Virus record (IMG/VR): IMGVR_UViG_3300010883_008292
Coordinates: 12,617 to 76,616 of that record
Origin: a virus
Length of the DNA stretch: 64,000 bases
Strand: one strand, 5' to 3'
Of the stretch, positions 57,097-64,000 are shown piece by piece. The number at the start of each line of letters is the position of its first letter. The first letter of the stretch is position 1. The translations under genes were made by a program, and so were the position numbers. Under the pieces are notes generated by a model that searched no databases, had not been told where the DNA came from, and saw only the letters and a program-made list of their open reading frames with translations.

Positions 57097-57823
57097 TGGA
57101 ATACAATGGGAACCACTAGGGAGTTTAGTTGCAGTAAGGTATGCAACTTTCTTGAGGACATACCAACATGAAGCTAAAGAGTTCTTTTACATGGGCGAAA
57201 CCCAAGAAGAGATTAAGGCAGAAATAGATAAAATAGTTTATATGCTGGGAAAAGAGCCAACTGATGATTTAAATCAACTACATGAATATTTTGCAGATCA
57301 TGAAGACGAGGCAGAAATGTCAAGATTAAATCATTTGATTCATTACTACGAGTTAGTAGATGCGGGGTATCCGCCTAGGTGGGGATCTGAATCAGGAAAT
57401 AGTGAGATGGTTTTGTTTCCAAAAGATTATGAAGAATTTACTTTAGAGAGAAAACCAGGATATTTGTATATTAACTATCCACATGTAGGCAAACATTTTG
57501 CGGAGATAGTATTTTCTAATGATTTAAATGTTAAGAAAGAACAATATCAGCCACAATCACTTGCTCGAACAGGGTTTAATGTGTGGTTAGGGCCTGAAGT
57601 GGACGGGTCTAAGTTCATGGAAAAGGCACAATCTGTTCATAAAGCATTAAAAGACAAGTTAGAGTTACCAGAATTGGACGATCCGGCACTTAGATTGGGT
57701 TACATTCCTTTTGCTAGACTCAAAACGGATATAAATAGTAGTGATCTAATCCAGCACTTATTGAAGGCAAAGATTAGACATAATAATTATACGGAGTTAT
57801 TTACAAATGGTAGAGCAGAGTAG
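57077..57823 (+). CDS. Hypothetical protein
   Basis: AGGAG RBS before the ATG at 57077; coupled to neighbours. Confidence 0.6.
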   Translation: MISLNFNGIQWEPLGSLVAVRYATFLRTYQHEAKEFFYMGETQEEIKAEIDKIVYMLGKEPTDDLNQLHEYFADHEDEAEMSRLNHLIHYYELVDAGYPPRWGSESGNSEMVLFPKDYEEFTLERKPGYLYINYPHVGKHFAEIVFSNDLNVKKEQYQPQSLARTGFNVWLGPEVDGSKFMEKAQSVHKALKDKLELPELDDPALRLGYIPFARLKTDINSSDLIQHLLKAKIRHNNYTELFTNGRAE

Positions 57824-58184
57824 AACAGAAACAAATATGCGGAATCAAGTACAAATTGATTTAGAAGAGTATGAGTCTAAGAATGCACAGATAGGTGCAC
57901 TCAAAGACGAAATACAAAAGATGAAAGATGGCGCAGGACCTAATAAAATGGGTTGGATGTGGTTAGCACCTGAATATTTTTCCAGATGGAGAATATTCCC
58001 AAGAGCGTTTATCACTATGTATATCTATCTACTGTTTCAATCAGCCAATTGGTTTATGGGTTTAAGTGATCCAACCGTAGCACAGTCTGGATTAATATCA
58101 GTATTAGTTGGAGCAGGAGCTGCGTGGTTTGGTTTGTATGTTAATTCAACATCAACTCAACATGACGTAGTGGCTAAAGATTAA
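57807..58184 (+). CDS. Membrane protein (2 TM)
   Basis: WRIFPRAFI...WFM.L.DPT..QSG.ISVLVGAGAAWFGLY; late promoter at 57730-57737. Confidence 0.65.
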   Translation: MVEQSRTETNMRNQVQIDLEEYESKNAQIGALKDEIQKMKDGAGPNKMGWMWLAPEYFSRWRIFPRAFITMYIYLLFQSANWFMGLSDPTVAQSGLISVLVGAGAAWFGLYVNSTSTQHDVVAKD

Positions 58185-58591
58185 TGCCTAATATAGAACT
58201 CAGTCAATTTTACGTTGAATTTTTAGGATTCACTTTAACTCTAATCGTAGCATTAGCTATGAGAGATTGGGCCACATCTTTTATTAAAGGAATGAAGTTC
58301 AAAATGAACAAGGCCTTCTGTGAAGGAGATAAAGTTATTCTTGATGGTTGTCCTGCTCTGATAGTAAAGATAGGTATTAGCGAAACAGTCTTTGGAGTCT
58401 ATAGCAAAGAAGGATACACATGGAGATATGTACCTAATGAAAGAATAGCCTTTCTTAAATTAGAAAAGATTGTTGATAAGGACTTACATGTTGACACCAA
58501 ACAAGAGAAAGCTCAAAAGATAATAGATGCTCTTCAAACTGAAGAGATCAAAAAGAACGGTACTGCAATAAAAAATATGAAGGAGAAGTAA
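58184..58591 (+). CDS. Minimal MscS-like membrane protein
   Basis: TM helix then F..GDKV.LDG....IVKIG..ET...VPN beta-domain pattern. Confidence 0.6.
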   Translation: MPNIELSQFYVEFLGFTLTLIVALAMRDWATSFIKGMKFKMNKAFCEGDKVILDGCPALIVKIGISETVFGVYSKEGYTWRYVPNERIAFLKLEKIVDKDLHVDTKQEKAQKIIDALQTEEIKKNGTAIKNMKEK

Positions 58592-58824
58592 TGCCAGCCA
58601 AATTTAAACCCAGCGGAAGAAAATTCCTAAAGGATCCAAAAACAGGACGATCCACAAATAGGCATGTAACTGAACATTACTATTTAAAATGTCAATCAAA
58701 AGACACATTGATAGAAGCTATAAATAAAAGTAATACAAAGCCTAAAAAACGACAACAGTATGTAAACGAATTAGTAAGACGTGGAGTAAATATAGTATGG
58801 AAAAACCAAGAAGTACAGAAGTAG
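58591..58824 (+). CDS. Small basic hypothetical protein
   Basis: Coupled ORF with an AAGGAG RBS. Confidence 0.6.
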   Translation: MPAKFKPSGRKFLKDPKTGRSTNRHVTEHYYLKCQSKDTLIEAINKSNTKPKKRQQYVNELVRRGVNIVWKNQEVQK

Positions 58825-59417
58825 GATCCTTAAGGATATTTGATGGCGTCTTTTCAGAGGCTAATTGTGAAGACCTGATAAACCTATTCAAATTAAACTT
58901 AGATCTTCAAAAACCAGTAGAATCCGAATTTGGTTTAACCGCCACGGGATACGAATACACCAAACATCATGTGGAAGAAGACTTCCATACAGGGATCATA
59001 GATCAAATAGCTAAACTCTATTCTAAATATTTAGAAGAACTAGAGTTACCAAATTTAATAGCTCATCAAGGAATGGAAGAACTAACCATTCAGCGATTTC
59101 GAGCTAATTCAGAAGACAGTCATGCAGGCCATATTGATGTAATGAATCACTCTGATGCCATTAGAGCAGTAGGATTTAGAGTATACTTATCAGATAATGA
59201 TGGCAGGACGGAGTTTCCAAGGCAAGGAATGGGTATTGAACCCAGGGCAGGGAGAGCAGTCGTATTCCCACCCACATGGGAATACCCATATCAGTGCAAA
59301 AATCCAACAGATTCAGACAAATACATATTAACTACCTATTTACATTATGCTGAGAAGCAACAAGATCAAGGGGTTAGCACACCAGAAATATCGGAAGATA
59401 TACCAGAAAAAGGTTGA
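58797..59417 (+). CDS. 2OG-Fe(II) oxygenase-like protein
   Basis: HID...R.....YL.D..G.T.F, P..GR.VVFPPTW.YP, KYIL.TYLHY; the distal His appears to be replaced by Tyr. Confidence 0.75.
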   Translation: MEKPRSTEVGSLRIFDGVFSEANCEDLINLFKLNLDLQKPVESEFGLTATGYEYTKHHVEEDFHTGIIDQIAKLYSKYLEELELPNLIAHQGMEELTIQRFRANSEDSHAGHIDVMNHSDAIRAVGFRVYLSDNDGRTEFPRQGMGIEPRAGRAVVFPPTWEYPYQCKNPTDSDKYILTTYLHYAEKQQDQGVSTPEISEDIPEKG

Positions 59418-59442
59418 TCTTTGGTTCTAAAGGTACTATAAT
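59414..59442 (+). promoter_or_regulatory. Sigma70-type early promoter
   Basis: TTGATC-tttGGTTctaaaggtac-TATAAT. Confidence 0.75.
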
Positions 59443-59477
59443 AGTATACATAATTAGATAAAAGGGTAAAAAAAGAC

Positions 59478-59990
59478 ATGCTAGAACAACCAGAATTAGG
59501 AAATTTCGTAAAATTAGAGTCATTTTGTGAGGCTAATATAGCTTATCATAATGCAAATTATGATTTTCCTCATCCTAGTTTCATGGAAGTGAAATTCTAC
59601 AATGAATGTGGAGTATTTACCATTGAGGACGCTATTAAGTGGGAACTCTACGGTATGATCTCAGATGTCTCAAAAGAGGCAAATGGCTTTAGAGCCAGAT
59701 TCAATTGGCAGGATATGTCTATTGATGCTCTTGAAAAGGAGCTCGATTACTACGCCAAAGAGGCTAGTGAGACTTACGAGCGTGAGCAAAAATGGGAACA
59801 AGAGGCCACCATAGAATGGAAGGCTCATCTTAGACATTTAGTGTCGATAGGCGCTAAGGATATCCCAACAGCTCTTAAATGGGACATGTTAGCAGAAGAT
59901 GCTGAAGAACCTGGAAGTTACTGTTACTCAAAAGGTCTCAGTTATTCCACAGAACCCCTAATTGTGAAATTGATTGGATTAGCAGCTTAA
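59478..59990 (+). CDS. Hypothetical early protein
   Basis: Own promoter; intact 170-aa ORF. Confidence 0.65.
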   Translation: MLEQPELGNFVKLESFCEANIAYHNANYDFPHPSFMEVKFYNECGVFTIEDAIKWELYGMISDVSKEANGFRARFNWQDMSIDALEKELDYYAKEASETYEREQKWEQEATIEWKAHLRHLVSIGAKDIPTALKWDMLAEDAEEPGSYCYSKGLSYSTEPLIVKLIGLAA

Positions 59991-60013
59991 ATTGCTTTTG
60001 GTCCTATTGGTAC

Positions 60014-60042
60014 TTGACTCTTGGTGTAAAAGAGTCTATAAT
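60014..60042 (+). promoter_or_regulatory. Sigma70-type early promoter
   Basis: TTGACT-cttGGTGtaaaagagtc-TATAAT. Confidence 0.78.
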
Positions 60043-60076
60043 GTAATATGTAAATGAGAAACTGGAGATGGATTAA

Positions 60077-60406
60077 ATGACTGAACAATTATTCAAGTAT
60101 GCGGGCTATAGCGTTACTGAATCAGGCCAAACAAAGGCTAGATTTGGAAATGATATGGTGTCCCGCATCAAAAAGCTTACGGCGAATGACAATACCGACA
60201 CATGGTTTTGTGAATTACCGGAAGACATGACTAAACGTGACGCGTCAAAACACCTTTTGGGAATGGATGAATTTTCATCCAATTTCGAGGTGCGAGATGC
60301 TTTGCAGAAGGTTATGTATCGTAATGTTCCTAAGTCTACAAGAACTGTTAATGTTGCAGCACCCGCTGTTACAACTGACACGATTGTAAATGAAGGGACG
60401 CTTTAA
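60077..60406 (+). CDS. Hypothetical early protein
   Basis: GGAG RBS; K.RF.ND...RIK.L...ELP..MTK pattern. Confidence 0.65.
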   Translation: MTEQLFKYAGYSVTESGQTKARFGNDMVSRIKKLTANDNTDTWFCELPEDMTKRDASKHLLGMDEFSSNFEVRDALQKVMYRNVPKSTRTVNVAAPAVTTDTIVNEGTL

Positions 60407-60432
60407 TAACCAATAATATGGAGGCCTAGAAC

Positions 60433-60687
60433 ATGGGAACTCGTAAAGTGGTAAGCCAACCTGTGAAGATAATTAATTTTCTACAGTCTGGCAAGAGCTT
60501 GTCAATCGCACAAGCCAAAACACGTCTTGGTGTAACGCAACTTCCAGCTAGAGTGTCAGAACTCAGAGCTGCAGGGTATGCAATTTACACTAACGTGAAC
60601 AAGGCAGGTAATACAACTTACCGTCTTGGTACCCCTAGTCGAGCTATGGTAGCAGCAGCACACGCAGCTAACGTTAGCTTTAACTAA
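60433..60687 (+). CDS. Winged-helix DNA-binding protein
   Basis: I..L.SG..LS..QA...LG...L.ARVSELR..GYAIY.N...YRLGTPSR pattern. Confidence 0.7.
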   Translation: MGTRKVVSQPVKIINFLQSGKSLSIAQAKTRLGVTQLPARVSELRAAGYAIYTNVNKAGNTTYRLGTPSRAMVAAAHAANVSFN

Positions 60688-60698
60688 GGAACTTGACT

Positions 60699-60742
60699 AA
60701 GTGTGGAGGGGACAACATTTATCTGTAACCTCCACACTTTTC
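60699..60742 (+). terminator. Hairpin / probable terminator
   Basis: 11-bp stem aagtgtggagg/cctccacactt, 19-nt loop, short T tail. Confidence 0.6.
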
Positions 60743-60935
60743 TATTGAATCAGATTCGGATCTGCCACCTGGATTGGCAACAGAAAAGGTGTGTACCGGC
60801 GGTGCCGGAGTCGTCAGAGGCAAAACACCAAACTTAAATATGATGAGAAAAAACATGATAAATAGTAAGAGTCCTAGGTACATAACAAGCGCATGCGTGA
60901 CTCTTCACAAAAATAAAAGGCCTAACAGATTTTTT

Positions 60936-61011
60936 GCTTGGATAGCTCAGTTGGTAGAGCAGTTGATTTGTAATCAACAGGTCGTAGGTTCGAACCCTAT
61001 TCCAAGCTCCA
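60936..61011 (+). tRNA. tRNA-Thr(UGU) with encoded CCA
   Basis: Acceptor GCTTGGA/TCCAAGC, D-arm GCTC-agttggta-GAGC, anticodon arm GTTGA-tt-TGT-aa-TCAAC, T-arm GGTTCGAA, 3' T-CCA. Confidence 0.96.
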
Positions 61012-61030
61012 GACGGTAAGGGGAAAAAGA

Positions 61031-61237
61031 ATGAAACGGGAATTAATAGTAGGACTGACAGCGAAATACAAAGGGGAAATTGGCGAAGCAAAGGCCAATG
61101 TAATAGTTTATTTGAACAATCCCGTGGGGATTGGAGAACACCCAGACATTATAGCAGCGATCGACGTACAGATGGTAAAGATTGCTGAGGCAGAAGATAA
61201 GCTAATGGTACTTGATAAACATTTTACAGGAAAGTAA
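61031..61237 (+). CDS. Small hypothetical phage protein
   Basis: Y.GEI..A.AN..VYL.NPVGIGEHPDI pattern. Confidence 0.65.
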   Translation: MKRELIVGLTAKYKGEIGEAKANVIVYLNNPVGIGEHPDIIAAIDVQMVKIAEAEDKLMVLDKHFTGK

Positions 61238-61239
61238 AC

Positions 61240-61467
61240 ATGCAAGTCGCTTCTTTTGGAGACGAATTTTTAGGTGCAACTGTTGAATACGCCGAGGCGG
61301 CCAAGTTTGAACATATGCACAAAGTAACATATATTAGAGAAGGGGAAGAAGTTTTTACAAACTTCGTATTTAACCCTGATAAAAAAGCAGGAGAGCTAGA
61401 CTCTATAACTATGGCAAAAGAATTTGTTAAACAAGGGAAGAAAACGCATGGCAAACAACGTATATAG
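61240..61467 (+). CDS. Hypothetical protein
   Basis: Coupled ORF. Confidence 0.55.
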   Translation: MQVASFGDEFLGATVEYAEAAKFEHMHKVTYIREGEEVFTNFVFNPDKKAGELDSITMAKEFVKQGKKTHGKQRI

Positions 61468-61966
61468 CACGATTAAATTCGTATCAGGAAATAAAGAAGC
61501 AGAAGATGCTTTTATAGAAGTATTCCAATGCATCGAGGACTCGGGTGAAACAGGCCTAGAGTTTTCTCACATTTTACCTGATGATGAATATGCTGACCTT
61601 GAATTTATGGAATGGAATATTGGACCTCGGGTAGCTAACCTAACTAAATTCATGGGAACAGAAGTTGAAATAACTTCGGCATGGATCTCACCTAAAAACT
61701 TTTTTGAAATACTAACAGAAGAACTATCTGGTTATGACCCAGATGTAGCACTTACCATGACCTATGTGGATGAGTTTTACAATTTTGCCGGTGTGTATTG
61801 GTTTGCAAATCTATACTCAAAAGATCCAGGCGGAGGACTAGGCCATCAAGAAGAGAGTGGTGGTTGGTTTAAATTTGAACACGATATGACAGGCGAAGAC
61901 GCATCTTTATTGCCTGACTTTATAACAGATACAATAGAGTTTTGGGGGGCAACAGGATGCGATTAG
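61448..61966 (+). CDS. Hypothetical acidic protein
   Basis: MANNVYS..., SAW.SP, Y.DE..NF.G pattern; start moved to the ATG at 61448. Confidence 0.55.
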   Translation: MANNVYSTIKFVSGNKEAEDAFIEVFQCIEDSGETGLEFSHILPDDEYADLEFMEWNIGPRVANLTKFMGTEVEITSAWISPKNFFEILTEELSGYDPDVALTMTYVDEFYNFAGVYWFANLYSKDPGGGLGHQEESGGWFKFEHDMTGEDASLLPDFITDTIEFWGATGCD

Positions 61967-62463
61967 ACTATAAAGATGTAGGAAAGATAGGAATTACATG
62001 TAGTACGTTTGATTTCTTACATGCAGGCCATGTTGTTATGTTAGAAGAAGCTAAACGACATTGTGATTATCTTATTGCAGCGTTACAAGTAGACCCTACT
62101 ATAGACAGACCAATGAAGAATTATCCTGTTCAAAGTATTGTGGAAAGACAAATACAGTTAGCTGCTGTCAAGTTCGTAGATGAGATAGTCATGTACAATA
62201 CTGAAAAGGACTTAGAAGATCTATTCTTAACACTACCAATTGATGTTAGAATTATAGGTGATGAGTATAGAGATAGGACCTTTACTGGCAGGGCCATTTG
62301 TAAGAAAAGAGATATAGCAATAATTTATAATAAAAGAGATCATTCGTTCAGTACGACTGATCTTAGAACTAGAACCGTAAGGAGAGAAAATGAAAACAAC
62401 GGCACTACAAAGAGTGATAAACTGCCTAAAAGCAGAGAACAGGACAATGGAACCGAGCTTTAG
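61957..62463 (+). CDS. TagD-like cytidylyltransferase
   Basis: STFD.LHAGH (HxGH), QS..ER, VDEI..Y..E, R.HSFSTT.LR motifs. Confidence 0.9.
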   Translation: MRLDYKDVGKIGITCSTFDFLHAGHVVMLEEAKRHCDYLIAALQVDPTIDRPMKNYPVQSIVERQIQLAAVKFVDEIVMYNTEKDLEDLFLTLPIDVRIIGDEYRDRTFTGRAICKKRDIAIIYNKRDHSFSTTDLRTRTVRRENENNGTTKSDKLPKSREQDNGTEL

Positions 62464-62581
62464 ATCATATTGGAAACATACAGCCCAGAAATTGGCTGTT
62501 AAAAACAATATAGATATAGCTGATGTAAAAGATAAACTGGAGATATATGATGCCTCAGCTCAAAGTAGTCGCATGCACTAA
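62390..62581 (+). CDS. Hypothetical protein
   Basis: AAGGAG RBS upstream of the ATG at 62390. Confidence 0.5.
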   Translation: MKTTALQRVINCLKAENRTMEPSFRSYWKHTAQKLAVKNNIDIADVKDKLEIYDASAQSSRMH

Positions 62582-62879
62582 CATTTGGGAGTCCAAAGGA
62601 GAGACTAAAGACTTTCCTATGTGGCAATCAGTTGGTAGTAGAGAATATATAGTAGGTAGAACTAAGAAGGTACCTTCTTTTAAGGAAATTGGTGAGATGA
62701 TAACATCACTTCAACACATATTAGAGGGAAGAATCAGTCCTTCGGTTATTGAAGTTATCACCGGGCACGAAATTTATGAGTCAAACAACTTGACACATAA
62801 TGAAAATTTCCAGTTAAAATATGGAGATGCGATTGACTTTCCCGCAGAAGACATTACAAACATCCAAGTCGAAGAGTAG
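62547..62879 (+). CDS. Hypothetical protein
   Basis: GGAG RBS; coupled ORF. Confidence 0.55.
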   Translation: MMPQLKVVACTNIWESKGETKDFPMWQSVGSREYIVGRTKKVPSFKEIGEMITSLQHILEGRISPSVIEVITGHEIYESNNLTHNENFQLKYGDAIDFPAEDITNIQVEE

Positions 62880-63594
62880 ATTAACTGTAGGTTATACTTA
62901 CTATAATGACGAAGAGCAATTAGAACACCTACTTAATGTTTGGAAGGATTGGCCATCACTTGTAGACATATTTTTAGTAGACGATGGCTCTCAGATAGCT
63001 CCTGCTCTGGAGATACTACAAGACTGGGACTTACCTGAATACGGACCTTCATTTCAACTCTGGAAGGTAACCAGAGATTTGGGGTTCAACTCACATGGTT
63101 GTAGAAATTTAATAGCAAAATACGCCCTTACAGATATTATAGCATTCCTTGATATAGATATGGAAGTGTCTACAGAAACAGTTGGTAGACTTATGACAAA
63201 GGTTTATAGTCCAAGATCATTTTATCAGCATGATTGTTGGATCAAACACAAACAACAAATAATGACCTGCCCAGGACATATAAACTCATTTATAATAGGC
63301 AAAGAACTATTCTGGGAAGCAGGCGGGTATGATGAATCGTTTACAGGACATCATTGGGGTGACAGAGAATTTATAGAAAGGGTTAAAGAATTACCAGGTG
63401 TTGAATCTAGACATTCAGGTAATATTATATGTTTAAATAGAATTGGAAGACATGGCGTAGTAGATCGAGACATAGAGAAAACAACCTATGTGGATGATTC
63501 TTTATTCTATGTACCATTACCACCAGACGAGGTAGAAGTATTGAAAGGCACAGTAAAACAAAGATTAAACTTTCCGTTCATTAAATTATTATAA
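62821..63594 (+). CDS. GT2/GT7-like (GT-A fold) glycosyltransferase; start uncertain
   Basis: TYYN, LVDDGS, RNL, LDID (DxD), GGYDE.F....WGD.EF motifs. Confidence 0.85.
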   Translation: MEMRLTFPQKTLQTSKSKSRLTVGYTYYNDEEQLEHLLNVWKDWPSLVDIFLVDDGSQIAPALEILQDWDLPEYGPSFQLWKVTRDLGFNSHGCRNLIAKYALTDIIAFLDIDMEVSTETVGRLMTKVYSPRSFYQHDCWIKHKQQIMTCPGHINSFIIGKELFWEAGGYDESFTGHHWGDREFIERVKELPGVESRHSGNIICLNRIGRHGVVDRDIEKTTYVDDSLFYVPLPPDEVEVLKGTVKQRLNFPFIKLL

Positions 63595-63597
63595 ATA
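63590..63597 (+). promoter_or_regulatory. T4-type late promoter
   Basis: TATAAATA just upstream of the ATG at 63603. Confidence 0.75.
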
Positions 63598-63602
63598 CTG
63601 AT

Positions 63603-64000
63603 ATGAGGTTTACTGAATTTTTAAAAGAAGAGGCGGAAGAAGACAAACTCAAACACCTTGAGCATGTGGAAGATCATGTTATCCACGGTGGTAAAAAGGG
63701 GTTTGGACATGCCTTCCACACACTCAATGACGTCCATAAAAAACTAGCAGGCAAAGGCGGAAAGGATACAGCCGTTACAATGAAGTATGATGGCAGTCCT
63801 GCTGTTATATTTGGTGAACATCCTGAAACAAAAAAGTTTTTTGTAGCATCCAAATCAGCCTTTAATAAAAACCCTAAAATAAACCATACACATGAGGATA
63901 TAGAAAAGAATCACGGACATGCACCAGGGTTAGTACAGAAATTAAAAGCAGCCTTAGATCACGCACACAAAATTAAGCCACAGGGAATATACCAAGCGGA
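63603..64000 (+). CDS. Late protein with a KxDG ligase/nucleotidyltransferase-like motif (3'-truncated by window edge)
   Basis: Translated by hand: MRFTEFLKEE...KHLEHVED...TMKYDGSPAVIFG...FFVASKSAFNKNPKIN; open to the end of the window. Confidence 0.65.
   Translation, partial: MRFTEFLKEEAEEDKLKHLEHVEDHVIHGGKKGFGHAFHTLNDVHKKLAGKGGKDTAVTMKYDGSPAVIFGEHPETKKFFVASKSAFNKNPKINHTHEDIEKNHGHAPGLVQKLKAALDHAHKIKPQGIYQA

Noticed and set aside
60774-61091. ORFs 60774..61019 (+) and 60834..61091 (-)
   Set aside because: They overlap a high-confidence tRNA and have no RBS.

Overview
A 64 kb segment of a large, AT-rich T4-like myophage genome, probably marine; the auxiliary genes suggest a heterotrophic proteobacterial host, which is inference only. 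It opens inside a repeat-rich tail-fibre-like gene and runs through the virion module (gp13-gp23, gp3). It then covers the recombination, replication and late-transcription core (uvsY, uvsW, gp55, gp47/46, gp45, gp44/62, regA, gp43, uvsX, gp41), one tRNA-Thr(UGU), many T4 late promoters (TATAAATA) and a family of eight related sigma70-type promoters. The most notable element is a 7-deazaguanine DNA-modification operon between gp55 and gp47: queE, a purine phosphoribosyltransferase, folE, a DEDD exonuclease, a TGT-fold dpdA, a T-fold LxxxHRHxF (DpdL-like) protein, a GT-B glycosyltransferase and queD, with no queC in the window. DpdA (...ASLEELFG*) and a FkbM methyltransferase downstream of the polymerase (...RTLEDLFT*) end in the same sliding-clamp-binding-type peptide as gp43 (...ASLEDLFT*). 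This suggests a replication-coupled, possibly glycosylated or methylated, deazaguanine hypermodification system. Other unusual cargo: a TonB-dependent receptor, IscU/IscA, a haem-c/copper monooxygenase, a crotonase, a SET-domain protein, peptide deformylase, ClpP, a peroxiredoxin and a gp3-cadherin fusion. All calls come from motif recognition and synteny; no database searches were run.
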